From IMG/VR virus record IMGVR_UViG_3300047494_000107, positions 1-64,000 of that record: a stretch of 64,000 nt of DNA, one strand, 5' to 3'. The translations under genes and the position numbers were made by a program. Each line of letters opens with the position of its first letter. Position 1 is the stretch's first letter. This document shows, piece after piece, positions 26,286 through 36,715 of this stretch. The DNA comes from a virus. The notes under the pieces were generated by a model. It worked only from the letters and a program-made list of their open reading frames with translations, was not told the origin of the DNA and searched no databases.

Positions 26286-27244
26286 GTGGTCAGGTTACGA
26301 CACCGACACGCGCGTTGTGGTCCTGGGCGAATACGGGGGCAGCGACAACGGTCGTCACGGGTTATCCGCCAAATGGGCAGCCAACCAAGACAGGCTTGAC
26401 GCCGACCGACCTCGCCAACTACCTCGGCGTGCCGCTGACGATTGGAGGCGGCCTTTACGCCGCGTCAACACCTGTGCCGTCGAGTGTGATTACGCAGTGG
26501 ATTCGGTGGGCGGAAGACCTCGTTGAGCAGGAGACCAACGTTCGGCTCTGCCAGACGTGGATCGCAGCACCCGCAACGAAGACCACCCAGGACACACGCA
26601 ACACTGAGCTTGGTACGGTGTCCGGCAAACAGGTTCTCGGTGTCGACTACGACATGGAGGAGCCGCCCTACGATTTCCGGTTTGAAAACTCGCAGGACGA
26701 CGGCTGGATGATGCAGCGACTGCGTTGGAGGCCCGTTCAGGGCCCCGCGTATTCCGACATCACCGGCTTGAAAAGCCTGTCCTACATCTATCCGCTGCTC
26801 AACAACTATTTCGGGGTATCGCCGACGTGGTTCGTGGTCGACAAGGATTACGGGATCGTGCGCCTTGTCCCGAACCAGAATGTGCAGATGCTGCCGTTGT
26901 TCGCCATGCAATTGGCTTTTCAGGGGTTTGCCAACAGCGTCCCTGGAGGGTTGTGGTTCCAGTATGTCGCCGGCCTGACGGCAAATGACTACGTGTCTGA
27001 ATACAGTTTCATGCAGCAATACGTCCTTGCCGTGGCGGCAATGACCGCGCTGGGAATCCTCCAGGGGTCGCTCAACCTCGGGGTGACCGAGTTCAGCACG
27101 ACGGTGGATGGTTTGCTGACGAAGGTCGCCTACTCAGCCAAGGGACCGTACAGCGGTTTGATCGCCGCGCAGAAGGACCAAGTCGCTATTCTTCGCTTGA
27201 TGGTGCGCACCCGTATGGGTGGTGTGTCGATGATCACGCTATGA
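26282..27244 (+). CDS. head-tail adaptor / neck protein
   Basis: Position after the capsid gene; LRWRPV...Y.AG...STTVDGL pattern. Confidence 0.6.
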   Translation: MSGQVTTPTRALWSWANTGAATTVVTGYPPNGQPTKTGLTPTDLANYLGVPLTIGGGLYAASTPVPSSVITQWIRWAEDLVEQETNVRLCQTWIAAPATKTTQDTRNTELGTVSGKQVLGVDYDMEEPPYDFRFENSQDDGWMMQRLRWRPVQGPAYSDITGLKSLSYIYPLLNNYFGVSPTWFVVDKDYGIVRLVPNQNVQMLPLFAMQLAFQGFANSVPGGLWFQYVAGLTANDYVSEYSFMQQYVLAVAAMTALGILQGSLNLGVTEFSTTVDGLLTKVAYSAKGPYSGLIAAQKDQVAILRLMVRTRMGGVSMITL

Positions 27245-28008
27245 ATCTACCGCCGTTCTTTCCTGGCGCGTTCGACAGCGTCATCGCCGCAAACGGTGTG
27301 CGGCTGTCTTGGGCGAAAGCTCAGGTCTGCCCTTGCACGTACCAAGGTTACGACACGGGCGGCTACCAGATTGATGGCGGCGGAGTGGAAACCTGCAATA
27401 GTTGCCACGGGCTTGGCGTCTATTGGCGCGCGTTTAGCGACCCGTTCATGGGTCTCGTCACATTCGCCGCTTTCACACCGTCGCCGAGCGAGCCGGGTAC
27501 GCAAGTGAACGAGAAGTGGGGCCCGCTCGGAGGCGGCACGCCCATGGTGACGCTGTCCTACACAGCAAACCCAACAGCATGGGCCGAAGCGTCGACCTAC
27601 GATCAAATCGTCATTATTGATTCCATTACTCGATACAGTGCTGTGTTGCGCGTCGGCATTCAAGAGTCGCTGCCCTATGTCAACAATCTATCGGTGCCTC
27701 CAATCGGCGCGGCGATGATATGGGACCCGCTGAAAATGGTCGCGACTTTGCCGACCAGTTACAGCGTGAGTGGATCAACGGTGCAGCTGCCGAGCAGCTA
27801 CGAGTACGGCACGCCGTACAATGTCGAGTTCTACGCATCACAAACTTACGTTCTCTATAAGCCCGCAGGCGGTCTTCCGCATGCGCGGCCGTTTGGCGGC
27901 GGTGTGGCCAACTATCCGAGACGTTTCACGGCCAGCAATCTTGACCTTTGGCTGCGCCAACGCGCCGGAAACGCGACGCCTCCAACTTGGCCGGCGCCGG
28001 GGACTTGA
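27241..28008 (+). CDS. head closure / neck protein
   Basis: AQVCPC...CNSCHGLG motif typical of large-myovirus neck proteins. Confidence 0.6.
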   Translation: MNLPPFFPGAFDSVIAANGVRLSWAKAQVCPCTYQGYDTGGYQIDGGGVETCNSCHGLGVYWRAFSDPFMGLVTFAAFTPSPSEPGTQVNEKWGPLGGGTPMVTLSYTANPTAWAEASTYDQIVIIDSITRYSAVLRVGIQESLPYVNNLSVPPIGAAMIWDPLKMVATLPTSYSVSGSTVQLPSSYEYGTPYNVEFYASQTYVLYKPAGGLPHARPFGGGVANYPRRFTASNLDLWLRQRAGNATPPTWPAPGT

Positions 28009-28154
28009 GTTGTGGAAGATACCCCGTATCTCGCGCCGGTCCTTCGCCGGCAACCCGATTTGCCGCGTCTTTCACGCTGGTGGTGCGACGAGCGAAAGGT
28101 GGTGGTCAACGTTGATTCACAACCCGAGCCTTCACCGAAGAAAGAACCGGTGTC

Positions 28155-28679
28155 GTGAGCGGCGCACTCGGCAAAGCGACAGTCAAGAAGAACGGTCAGG
28201 GCGACTACGTCGTGCGGACCAACCTGCCACCGGACAAGCTGAGCGACCTGTCCGTGATGGTGTTTTCGGCGTGGCTGAAGTTCGCGATGGGTCGCGACAC
28301 GCTCGGGGGCCGCATGTTGTTGCATCCGACTGGGAAGTACGCATCGTCCTTGCGGTACCAAGCGAACCCTTCAGCCAATACGATCGCGATTTTCGCGGAT
28401 GACAGCGTGGCTCCAGAGGCGTCGATCCTGGAAACAGGCCACAAACTATTCGACTTGAAGACGAAGTTTCAATCAGGTCGCGCGTACCCCATGCACCGCG
28501 ACGGCCCTGGGGCACCGAGCGGGTCGCCAGCCATCTGGGCTGAACGGCGCAACGGCAGTTTCAATGGGCTCTCCAGGGTTGGCGGCTCGGGCTGGATACT
28601 TCCGGCGATGATGGCGTACGCGCCAGCCAAGATCTTGGCTGATTTGGCGGCTCAAGCCGCTCGGATGAACAACCGTTGA
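28155..28679 (+). CDS. neck / tail completion protein
   Basis: TGKYASSL...ILETG..FDLK; synteny. Confidence 0.5.
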   Translation: MSGALGKATVKKNGQGDYVVRTNLPPDKLSDLSVMVFSAWLKFAMGRDTLGGRMLLHPTGKYASSLRYQANPSANTIAIFADDSVAPEASILETGHKLFDLKTKFQSGRAYPMHRDGPGAPSGSPAIWAERRNGSFNGLSRVGGSGWILPAMMAYAPAKILADLAAQAARMNNR

Positions 28680-30001
28680 CCGCGAAGTTCACTGTCGGCG
28701 TGTATCCTCTGCCTACCGGCGGCGCGGTTATGCTTGATTTCTCAGGGTCGAACGGTGTCTCAACATTGACGGGCGCAGTGACGATTGAGCGCGCTCCGAC
28801 GACACCAACGCCGTACGCTTACACGACGATCGCGTCGGGCAACGCTCCCGACATCATTTTCTGGCTTGATGTCAACGACGGACAACCTGGAGCGCTGAAC
28901 AACGCCCTTCAGTATGTCTATCGTATCACTGACTCTACCGGGCAGACTGTAACGCCGCCGGTCAGTGTCGGCGGTGCTATCACCGTCATCACGAACGGTG
29001 AGACGGCCCTTCTTGCGAGGCTCTTTGAGGCGGCTGTCAATAACGTCACGCTGCCGCACGGTATCGTCAAGCGGCCGAGTGTGTCGACAGCGATGCCGAT
29101 TGTCGGACTGCCGCCGTTGCCCATGATCGTCATTAACCGCGAGCTGCTGCAGCAGTCGGAAGTGCCGATTGGCCAGCAGACCCCCGATGTGAACTCGGAC
29201 AATACACTGACTTTCGGCGGCTACGCGAAGACGATGTGGCGCGTCTCGGTGTTGACGCAGGACCCCGCCAGCCGAGATTTTTGGTCGGACGCTACCATCG
29301 CGATTTTCATGTCAATCTGTGCATCCGTGGCGGCGCCGCTCGGGAAGAACAACAGCCACTCGTTCCAAACGGCTCACTACCAAGTCGCCAAAGACCGCGA
29401 GGTTCCTGGCTTCTACGGCGCCGACATCATGTTGGACCTGGAGGGCGTGCTCGCGACGACCATTCAGACGAATTACGGTCTGATTGAGACGATCACGTTC
29501 ACGACGACAGAGACAGACACCTCAACGCTGTTCAACAGCGGCCTGCCTTACAACCTCGCCAATATCGTGTTCCAAAACGTGCCCGTATCAGCAGCGGGTC
29601 TTCCTATCGGAGCGTTGTGGAGCAACAGCGGATTCTTGTGCCTCGTGGGACCGTCGACTTTTACCCCGCCATCGACGACACAGAATCCTTTTGGGGCAAA
29701 CAACCAAGATACGGTGATCGTAGGTTACGGCAATTTTAACTACACTAAGAACCTCGCCGTAAACGGCCTCGTCGCTACAGGATTACCGAGCAGCCCAACG
29801 GGTTTGCCTATTGGTGCGGTATACCTGAACGGGTCGTATTTTTGTGTTGTCGACGATAGTACGTATTCGCCGCCGGTTACCCCTGCCTCGTATCAGATAA
29901 TTGATGCGACCGGCTTCTTGTTCCAGGGGCTGCCTGAGTCGTCTACGGGCCTCGCGTCGCAGTCGGTGTGGGTCAATGGAGACTTTATCAACACGGTGTA
30001 A
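28676..30001 (+). CDS. tail terminator-like structural protein with C-terminal GLP...WxNxG repeats
   Basis: Synteny; three repeats (GLPIGALWSNSG, GLPIGAVYLNGS, GLASQSVWVNGD). Confidence 0.5.
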   Translation: MTAKFTVGVYPLPTGGAVMLDFSGSNGVSTLTGAVTIERAPTTPTPYAYTTIASGNAPDIIFWLDVNDGQPGALNNALQYVYRITDSTGQTVTPPVSVGGAITVITNGETALLARLFEAAVNNVTLPHGIVKRPSVSTAMPIVGLPPLPMIVINRELLQQSEVPIGQQTPDVNSDNTLTFGGYAKTMWRVSVLTQDPASRDFWSDATIAIFMSICASVAAPLGKNNSHSFQTAHYQVAKDREVPGFYGADIMLDLEGVLATTIQTNYGLIETITFTTTETDTSTLFNSGLPYNLANIVFQNVPVSAAGLPIGALWSNSGFLCLVGPSTFTPPSTTQNPFGANNQDTVIVGYGNFNYTKNLAVNGLVATGLPSSPTGLPIGAVYLNGSYFCVVDDSTYSPPVTPASYQIIDATGFLFQGLPESSTGLASQSVWVNGDFINTV

Positions 30002-33000
30002 GTCTCTCGTTCTACTCGCGTCTACCGCGCTGGCGCTTGTCTTTACATCTACCGTCTATGCTGGTTCGCCTACCGTCGACACGCCGCCGCTCAGTGATAC
30101 ATCCAATCACGCAGTGAACAGCATCTGGGTGCGCGGCCAGAACTATCTGGCATCTCAAGGTGCGCTAACCCAGACGCCTGTTGTCTCGGTGAACGTCAAC
30201 GGTCAGCTGACCGCGGCGATGGTGCAGGGCACCAACAACGTCGTGCAGATGGCGGACGGCGCGGGCATTGCCGGCCGTTGCATGCAGTACGATGCGAACC
30301 TCAACACGACGCCGGCCGCGGCCCCGTGTGGAACAGGGTCTGGGAACATACCGGCTGCTTCTGACCTGACCGGTAGCAATGGCACGGCCTTTACAGGGGT
30401 GCATGTCTATACCGGCTTGTCGCTGAACGCCGGTAATCTGGCGGTTCAGTTTGGCACCACGGCAGGCACGGCCACGCAAGGCAATGATAGCCGCGTCGTT
30501 GGTGCCGAGCAGACAGTCAACAAAGGCGCAGCAAGCGGCTATGCTCCGCTTGACACGAATGCGCTGGTGCCGATCGCTAATGTGCCCACCGGCACGACCA
30601 GCGCCACGGTGGCTATCGGTAACGACAGCCGTATCGTCGGGGCCGAGCAAACTGCCAACAAGGGTGTTGTGGGCGGGTATGCTCCGCTTGATTCGAGCGC
30701 CTTGGTGCCGATCGGGAACATCCCGGTGGGGACGACGAGCGCCACGGTCGCTGCGGGAAATGACAGCCGTATTACAGGCGCTGAGCAAACCGCGAACAAG
30801 GGTGCTGTGAGCGGTTACGCACCGCTGGACTCGAGTGCTCTGGTGCCAATCGCGAATCTGCCAACCGGGACGTCAGGCACGACGGTCGCCGCCGGTAATG
30901 ACAGCCGCATCACAGGCGCGTTGCAGAGTTCTACCGCTGCGGCGACATATGCACAGCTTGCAGGTGCGGCGTTCAACGGGACAGTCACCGTTCCAACTCC
31001 GTCCGGTAGCGACAACTCGACGAAGGCCGCGAACACGAACTGGGTGCTAAGCCAAGGATTTTCTACGGTCGCTGGCCAGCATTATATCGGGACTTGGAAT
31101 GCGTCGACTAACACGCCGACATTGACGTCGGGTACCGCGCCGACGGGCGGCGCTGGCGGCTACTATATCGTGTCTGTCGCCGGTACGACCACGCTGGACG
31201 GTAACTCAAGTTGGCCTCTCGGGTCGGAAGCGCTGTTTAGTGGGTCAAGCTCGACCTGGACCTTTGTTCCCGCTATTGCGCCGGTTACCCAGGTAGCCGG
31301 CAAGACGGGGGCTGTCTCACTTGTCGTCACCGACATCACCGGGGCGGCGCCTTCCGCCAGCCCCGTATTCACCGGCACGGTCACTGTGCCGACCCCGGCG
31401 ACCGCGGATTCGAGCACTGCGGCGGCGAGCACGGCGTACGTTCAGGCGCAGGGTTACATCACCTCGGCAGGCGTCAACAATACGACGGTTCGCGCAGCAC
31501 TGGGGTTCACGCCGCTTAACCCTTCGAACAACCTGTCTGAACTAACGGCTACGGCAGCGACGGCTCGCACGAACCTCGGCGTCGCCTACGGTACGATAGC
31601 GGGCACAGTCGCGCAGGGTAACGATAGCCGTATTGTCGGCGCAGAGCAGACTTCGCACAAAGGTGTAGCCAGTGGCTACGCCCCACTCAATGCGTCGTCG
31701 CAAGTTCCGGTCGCTAACCTGCCGGTAGGCACGACCAGTACGACAGTCGCTGCGGGCAATGACAGCCGGATTGTTGGCGCGCAGCAGACGTCCCAGAAGG
31801 GTATTGCGAGCGGCTATGCGCCGCTTGACACGAGCGCTCTCGTTCCAATCGCTAACGTCCCCGTGGGTACGACCGGTAGTACGGTAGCCGCTGGTAACGA
31901 CAGTCGGATCACAGGTGCCGAGCAGACGGCCAACAAGGGCGCTCCTAGCGGCTACGCGCCGTTGAACTCGTCGTCTCAGGTGCCGATCGGCAACATACCG
32001 ACTGGGACGACCAGCGCTACCGTAGCCATCGGCAACGACAGCCGGATCACAGGTGCCGAGCAGACGTCCAATAAGGGTGCTCCCAGCGGTTACGCAGGCT
32101 TGAATAGCGCCCAGCAGGTGGCGGTCGCCAACCTTCCCGTTGGCACGGCAGCAGGGACTGTAGCGGCCGGCAATGACAGCCGCATCTCTGGAGCTGAGCA
32201 GACCTCGCACAAAGGTGCAGCAAGCGGCTACGCCCCGCTGAACGCGTCCTCGCAGGTACCGATCGGGAACATCCCAGTCGGCACAACCAGCACGACGGTC
32301 GCTGCGGGTAACGACACGCGCATAGCGAATGCGGAGCAAGTCGGCAACAAGGGCGTCGCGAGCGGGTATGCGCCGTTGAACGGTTCCGCTAAAGTCCCGG
32401 CAACCAACCTGGATGTTGCGGCGATCACCACGCCTGGTGTTGTTCAGGTGCCGACCACGGGTCTTATCGTCGATTCGTCCGGCAACGTCCAGGTCAGCAA
32501 CCAAGTTCTATTCGCGATGATCGACACGGCGTTGCGGTCACTCGCAACGTCACCGACAAATCCAGGTGAGTACTGGAACAATGGCGGCGCTCCTGCGCGC
32601 GTGCCTGGGACGTTCGTGCCCGCGAATGCGACGAGCCAAGCGCAGATTTTCCTGCAGACCGTCTTCACGGCACTCCCGACCACACCAGGCGCGGCCGGCA
32701 CGTACTGGATGAACGGCGGTTTGCCGACGAAAGTTCCAGGGACGCTTGCGTCGCCTGCCACAACGACCCAAGACGCGTCGACCGCACTGTTGAATTTGGC
32801 GCAAACGACGGGCGGTTCCGCGTCTGAGTGGAACAACGGCGGCGGTATATCTATCCGTAACACACCGGGCGTCATAGCGCCGCCAGTGGCGACGACCGCT
32901 TCAACAGGTGTTGTCGCTGTGCCGGCGACCAGCCAGTTGGCGGTTGATACGTTCGGCAACATCGGCGTGAACAATCAGATTCTGTTCACCATGATCGACA

Positions 33001-33338
33001 CTGCGGTTCGGTATCTCCCGACGACGGTACCGAACGTCGGCGAGTACTGGGTCGACGGCGGCAAGCTGGCGCGACGACCGGGAGCGTTTGTGCTTGCGGC
33101 GGCATCAAGCCAGGCGCAGATCTTTTTGGTCGGCACGTTCGGCGCACTTCCAAATGCACCCGGCGGGGCAGGCACTTGGTGGAATAACGGCGGTTTCCCG
33201 ACACGTGTGCCAGGAAATCTCGTCACCTATGTGTCCGCCACACAGGACGTCTCCACCGCGCTTACGAACCTCCCCTTCAGCCCGGGTCGGTCAGGAACCG
33301 AGTGGGTCGACGGCGGCAGGTATGTCATCGTCAACTAA
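29976..33338 (+). CDS. long fibre-like protein with 46-aa repeats and N-terminal signal peptide
   Basis: Ten GND(S/T)R repeat units with GAEQT.NKG...GYAPL; GTWNASTNTPTL and NNLSEL...ARTNLG fibre motifs; probable start ATG 29976. Confidence 0.7.
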   Translation: METLSTRCKSLVLLASTALALVFTSTVYAGSPTVDTPPLSDTSNHAVNSIWVRGQNYLASQGALTQTPVVSVNVNGQLTAAMVQGTNNVVQMADGAGIAGRCMQYDANLNTTPAAAPCGTGSGNIPAASDLTGSNGTAFTGVHVYTGLSLNAGNLAVQFGTTAGTATQGNDSRVVGAEQTVNKGAASGYAPLDTNALVPIANVPTGTTSATVAIGNDSRIVGAEQTANKGVVGGYAPLDSSALVPIGNIPVGTTSATVAAGNDSRITGAEQTANKGAVSGYAPLDSSALVPIANLPTGTSGTTVAAGNDSRITGALQSSTAAATYAQLAGAAFNGTVTVPTPSGSDNSTKAANTNWVLSQGFSTVAGQHYIGTWNASTNTPTLTSGTAPTGGAGGYYIVSVAGTTTLDGNSSWPLGSEALFSGSSSTWTFVPAIAPVTQVAGKTGAVSLVVTDITGAAPSASPVFTGTVTVPTPATADSSTAAASTAYVQAQGYITSAGVNNTTVRAALGFTPLNPSNNLSELTATAATARTNLGVAYGTIAGTVAQGNDSRIVGAEQTSHKGVASGYAPLNASSQVPVANLPVGTTSTTVAAGNDSRIVGAQQTSQKGIASGYAPLDTSALVPIANVPVGTTGSTVAAGNDSRITGAEQTANKGAPSGYAPLNSSSQVPIGNIPTGTTSATVAIGNDSRITGAEQTSNKGAPSGYAGLNSAQQVAVANLPVGTAAGTVAAGNDSRISGAEQTSHKGAASGYAPLNASSQVPIGNIPVGTTSTTVAAGNDTRIANAEQVGNKGVASGYAPLNGSAKVPATNLDVAAITTPGVVQVPTTGLIVDSSGNVQVSNQVLFAMIDTALRSLATSPTNPGEYWNNGGAPARVPGTFVPANATSQAQIFLQTVFTALPTTPGAAGTYWMNGGLPTKVPGTLASPATTTQDASTALLNLAQTTGGSASEWNNGGGISIRNTPGVIAPPVATTASTGVVAVPATSQLAVDTFGNIGVNNQILFTMIDTAVRYLPTTVPNVGEYWVDGGKLARRPGAFVLAAASSQAQIFLVGTFGALPNAPGGAGTWWNNGGFPTRVPGNLVTYVSATQDVSTALTNLPFSPGRSGTEWVDGGRYVIVN
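30480..32400 (+). repeat. intragenic 138-bp tandem repeats (blocks of 4 and 6)
   Basis: GND codons at 30480, 30618, 30756, 30894 and at 31617, 31755, 31893, 32031, 32169, 32307. Confidence 0.85.
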
Positions 33339-33416
33339 GGCGTAGGCGCAACCCTGCGGCCTTCTTGGCGCCCCGTAGTAAGACAGGTCACGTCTCATTG
33401 CCGGGTACTGAGGTAA

Positions 33417-36233
33417 ATGCGCGCTTTCAATTTCGTCTTTAGCGCCCTCGCGACGCTGGCTGTATCATCGCCGCTGTTCGCGCAGACGCCGCCTGATTCG
33501 TCTTTGCCGTTCGGCGCGCTGCTTCAGACTCAGAACGCGACAAACTCCGACACACGGCTTGAGGCCACTCAGGGCTATGTCCTCGCTCACGCGTCGGCGG
33601 TTTCGGTGCCGGTGGCGAGTGTGCTGGCCGGCGTCACTTCCGGGTCTACTACCGTTCTGCAGGCCGCCACGGCGTCGGGCATTGAAAGCGTCCTCGGTTT
33701 CACGCCGCTTAGCCCCGCGAACAATCTGTCTGAACTGACGTCTACGGCAGTGACGGCCAGGTCGAATCTTGGTGTGCCGCCTGTTCCGACCAACGCCACT
33801 GTCCTAGGTTGGAATTCGGGCGCTTGGTACGCTCCTGCGCTATCGGGTAGCGGTACCACTGTGATGACGTCTAGCCAGACGTCATTCACGCTCGGCGATG
33901 TGTTGACGCCGTCCGGTTCGGGCGATCTTGCCGACCTCGGCGTGATGAATTTGTCCAGCACCGTGGTCACGATGCAGGGTGCTCAAAACAACATTTATTT
34001 CACGCCATCTGCAGCCGCCAACACCCAAGACGTTATCGGGACCAGCGGGACGGACACGAATGTTAACCTGCGGTTCACGATGCAGGGCGCGGGTGCGGCG
34101 CAGTTCCAGAATGCCGGGGCGACATGCCCCGTCAATATCGGCTCGGTGAACGGTGGGTCTCCCTTCATCAACACAGGCGGTGTGGCATGCGACCTGTATG
34201 TGTCGGCGGGGACCTCCGCCGGTGCGAATAACATCCATTTTCAGCCGGCCGGTCTTCAGGTTCTTGAACTGAGCGTCGCGAGCGGGTCACCGACTGGCGG
34301 CGTGCAGATTACGAGCGGCGCTGGCCAAGCCAAAATCGGTGTCATTGATGGCACGAACGCTAACTCGAATCTGATCTTGGCGGCCAAAGGCACTGGCACT
34401 GTCCAGGCGCCGACGAATTCGTCCGCTATCGATTCCACGGCGCAGGTGGCGACGGATAAGTTCGTGCAAAACGCCATGGCGGCGGTTGTGCCAAATATCC
34501 CCGCGGTGTCGCCGATCTGCAGCACGACGATGGCGACGGGCACAACTGGCAACCCAGGCGGCAACGTCTACGGCCGCAAGGTGTTTTATTGCCCCCAGGG
34601 CGGCAGCCCTCTTCAGCTTCTGATTCCTAGTTTTTACGTCAGCGGGTCTCAGGTTGAGACGCCGTTGACCTCAGTTATCATGGTCAATCTGTCGGTGCAG
34701 CCGAACTTGCCGGCGCCGTGGAATCCAGCAACGACCTATACGAGCGGACAAAGTGTCACGTACACGCCGACGGGCACGTCCAGCGCGCCGACACCATACG
34801 TCTATACGGCGACGACATCTAACACGAACAGTCTGCCGACTCCTGGCAACAGCAACTGGTCGGCCGGCACGGAACCAGCTCGCGTTTCGGTCACGTGCAA
34901 TCATTCGCAGACATGCATCATCCCGGTGACGTTGACCGGGGCCGGCGTCTATCAGACCGCAGCCGACGTCCTGACCGATCCGATTCCAGTCGCGGTCTCT
35001 GCTGGGTCGTACCTTGGCGTCTACACTTGGATGCCGAAGACCAGCGCCAACAGCCAGTACGCAGGCACGTCGCAGGGTTTCGTTGAACTCGGCGACAGCC
35101 TGCATGTGTCGCAGTTCGGGGTCGACCTCACGGCGTCTGGGGATACGAACACCAACACGGCTGGTGGTTTTCCCGTCACCGCGATCGTCGGTGTGCGCAC
35201 CACGCCGGGCCCGAGCGCTTGCGTTATCGGGACGAGTCTTGACGACGGGTTCTCTGAGGCGGGCGGCGGTCTGAGCAGCTTCACTTTCGTGAGCGCCGGA
35301 ACTGGACACACATCGGCGGAAATTGGGCATCGACTGCGGATGAACAACGCGGGCGCCAGTACCCACGCTGTCGGCCAGGTTGTGGCAGGTGCGGGGAACG
35401 GTGGTATCGGCACGGGCACCGTCGACAACGGCGCAGAGTTCATTATCTCGTCCGTATCAGGCGGCGCTGTAACGCTGACGACAGCCTGGAACGGTATCTA
35501 CAGTTCCGGTCAAGGGGAGACGGTACCGAACGGCACGCAAGGTTTGTACGATCTGGATTCGTCGACCCCTACGACCTTGACCAACATCACGATCACACCG
35601 AACTTCGGTTTGGCAACGTACGACAACTACCACCAGTTCTTTCAGCGCGGGATGCTTGCTCGCGGTCTCAACGATGCCGACATCCCGACGGTCATGCTGG
35701 CGCGCAGCGGCGATACACTCGTCGGCTTTCTGTCTCGCGCCGTTGACCGGTTGGCGGAAATTCAGCGCGTCGGCTGCAGCACGGTCATCATCGACAGCGG
35801 CTACAACGATCTATCGGCGGGCACGTCTGCGTCCGTAGTAGAGGGATATATCACGTCGGTTGCGCAGGAAGTCGCGCTTATTCCGGCTGTAAAGTCGGTC
35901 CTCGTGGCGACGATCAAGCCGTTGGCGATCACGACGACGGACGGTTTTGAGACGACCGCCAACATGACGGTCAGTGCAAACAACGCCAATGTCCAAGCCG
36001 TCAACGCCTGGATGCGTACGAATTTCGCCGGGGCCGCAGCGCCACCTACGCAGACCGCTCCGATCACCGGCTACTTGGAGATATCGGACACGCTGTCGCC
36101 GAACCGCGACGGCAAGCTGATCCCAGGAACCGGTGTCGTCTGCCAATACACCGCTGATGGGGTGCATTTGACGCCGGCCGGTTACGCGAAAGTCGAGACG
36201 GCTGTTGCCGCACAAGCGGGGAAGATCCTGTGA
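33417..36233 (+). CDS. fibre/spike-like protein with CBM5/12-like module and SGNH hydrolase C-terminus
   Basis: Signal peptide; PWNPATTYTSGQSVTY..W; GTSLDDG, SGYND and DGVH SGNH blocks. Confidence 0.7.
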   Translation: MRAFNFVFSALATLAVSSPLFAQTPPDSSLPFGALLQTQNATNSDTRLEATQGYVLAHASAVSVPVASVLAGVTSGSTTVLQAATASGIESVLGFTPLSPANNLSELTSTAVTARSNLGVPPVPTNATVLGWNSGAWYAPALSGSGTTVMTSSQTSFTLGDVLTPSGSGDLADLGVMNLSSTVVTMQGAQNNIYFTPSAAANTQDVIGTSGTDTNVNLRFTMQGAGAAQFQNAGATCPVNIGSVNGGSPFINTGGVACDLYVSAGTSAGANNIHFQPAGLQVLELSVASGSPTGGVQITSGAGQAKIGVIDGTNANSNLILAAKGTGTVQAPTNSSAIDSTAQVATDKFVQNAMAAVVPNIPAVSPICSTTMATGTTGNPGGNVYGRKVFYCPQGGSPLQLLIPSFYVSGSQVETPLTSVIMVNLSVQPNLPAPWNPATTYTSGQSVTYTPTGTSSAPTPYVYTATTSNTNSLPTPGNSNWSAGTEPARVSVTCNHSQTCIIPVTLTGAGVYQTAADVLTDPIPVAVSAGSYLGVYTWMPKTSANSQYAGTSQGFVELGDSLHVSQFGVDLTASGDTNTNTAGGFPVTAIVGVRTTPGPSACVIGTSLDDGFSEAGGGLSSFTFVSAGTGHTSAEIGHRLRMNNAGASTHAVGQVVAGAGNGGIGTGTVDNGAEFIISSVSGGAVTLTTAWNGIYSSGQGETVPNGTQGLYDLDSSTPTTLTNITITPNFGLATYDNYHQFFQRGMLARGLNDADIPTVMLARSGDTLVGFLSRAVDRLAEIQRVGCSTVIIDSGYNDLSAGTSASVVEGYITSVAQEVALIPAVKSVLVATIKPLAITTTDGFETTANMTVSANNANVQAVNAWMRTNFAGAAAPPTQTAPITGYLEISDTLSPNRDGKLIPGTGVVCQYTADGVHLTPAGYAKVETAVAAQAGKIL

Positions 36234-36688
36234 AATATCTGACACGCCTACTTGTCGCGCTGGCCGTCGCGTCGCTGCCGTTCTGTGCTTTCGCGCAGAT
36301 GCCGCGGATTCCTGGCTCTTATATCGGCTGGGCGACTGGCGTGAACATGGCGAGCACTGCTGATCAGCTCGTTTTCATCAATATCGGGGTACTGAACGTT
36401 CTGCCGACCCGCATGGTGTTGAAGAATTGCAGCGCGACGAACAGCGCCGCGGTAGGTGGCCTGTACACGGCGTCCAGCAAGGGCGGCACGGCGATAGTGT
36501 CGGCCTCTCAAACCTATTCGACGACAGTGGGTACAGGTGTTTCCCAGAGCGTCTCCATCAGCGGATCGACGATTTACACCGTGGGTCCGGGTGGCACAGG
36601 CAACTGGTTTTACTTTTCGTTGAGTACGGCAGGGTCCGGCACCTGCGACATCGTTTTGTTCGGCGATGACTACACGGCGCCGCTGTAA
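36230..36688 (+). CDS. small beta-rich protein with signal peptide
   Basis: MKYLTRLLVALAVASLPFCAFA|Q; GTGA overlap. Confidence 0.65.
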   Translation: MKYLTRLLVALAVASLPFCAFAQMPRIPGSYIGWATGVNMASTADQLVFINIGVLNVLPTRMVLKNCSATNSAAVGGLYTASSKGGTAIVSASQTYSTTVGTGVSQSVSISGSTIYTVGPGGTGNWFYFSLSTAGSGTCDIVLFGDDYTAPL

Positions 36689-36715
36689 ATCGCCGCACCA
36701 AAGGTTAGGTATAGT

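Noticed and set aside
30480-32400. Diversity-generating retroelement TR/VR pair or CRISPR-like repeats
   Set aside because: The repeats are in-frame protein repeats with synonymous variation; no reverse transcriptase gene and no adenine-specific pattern
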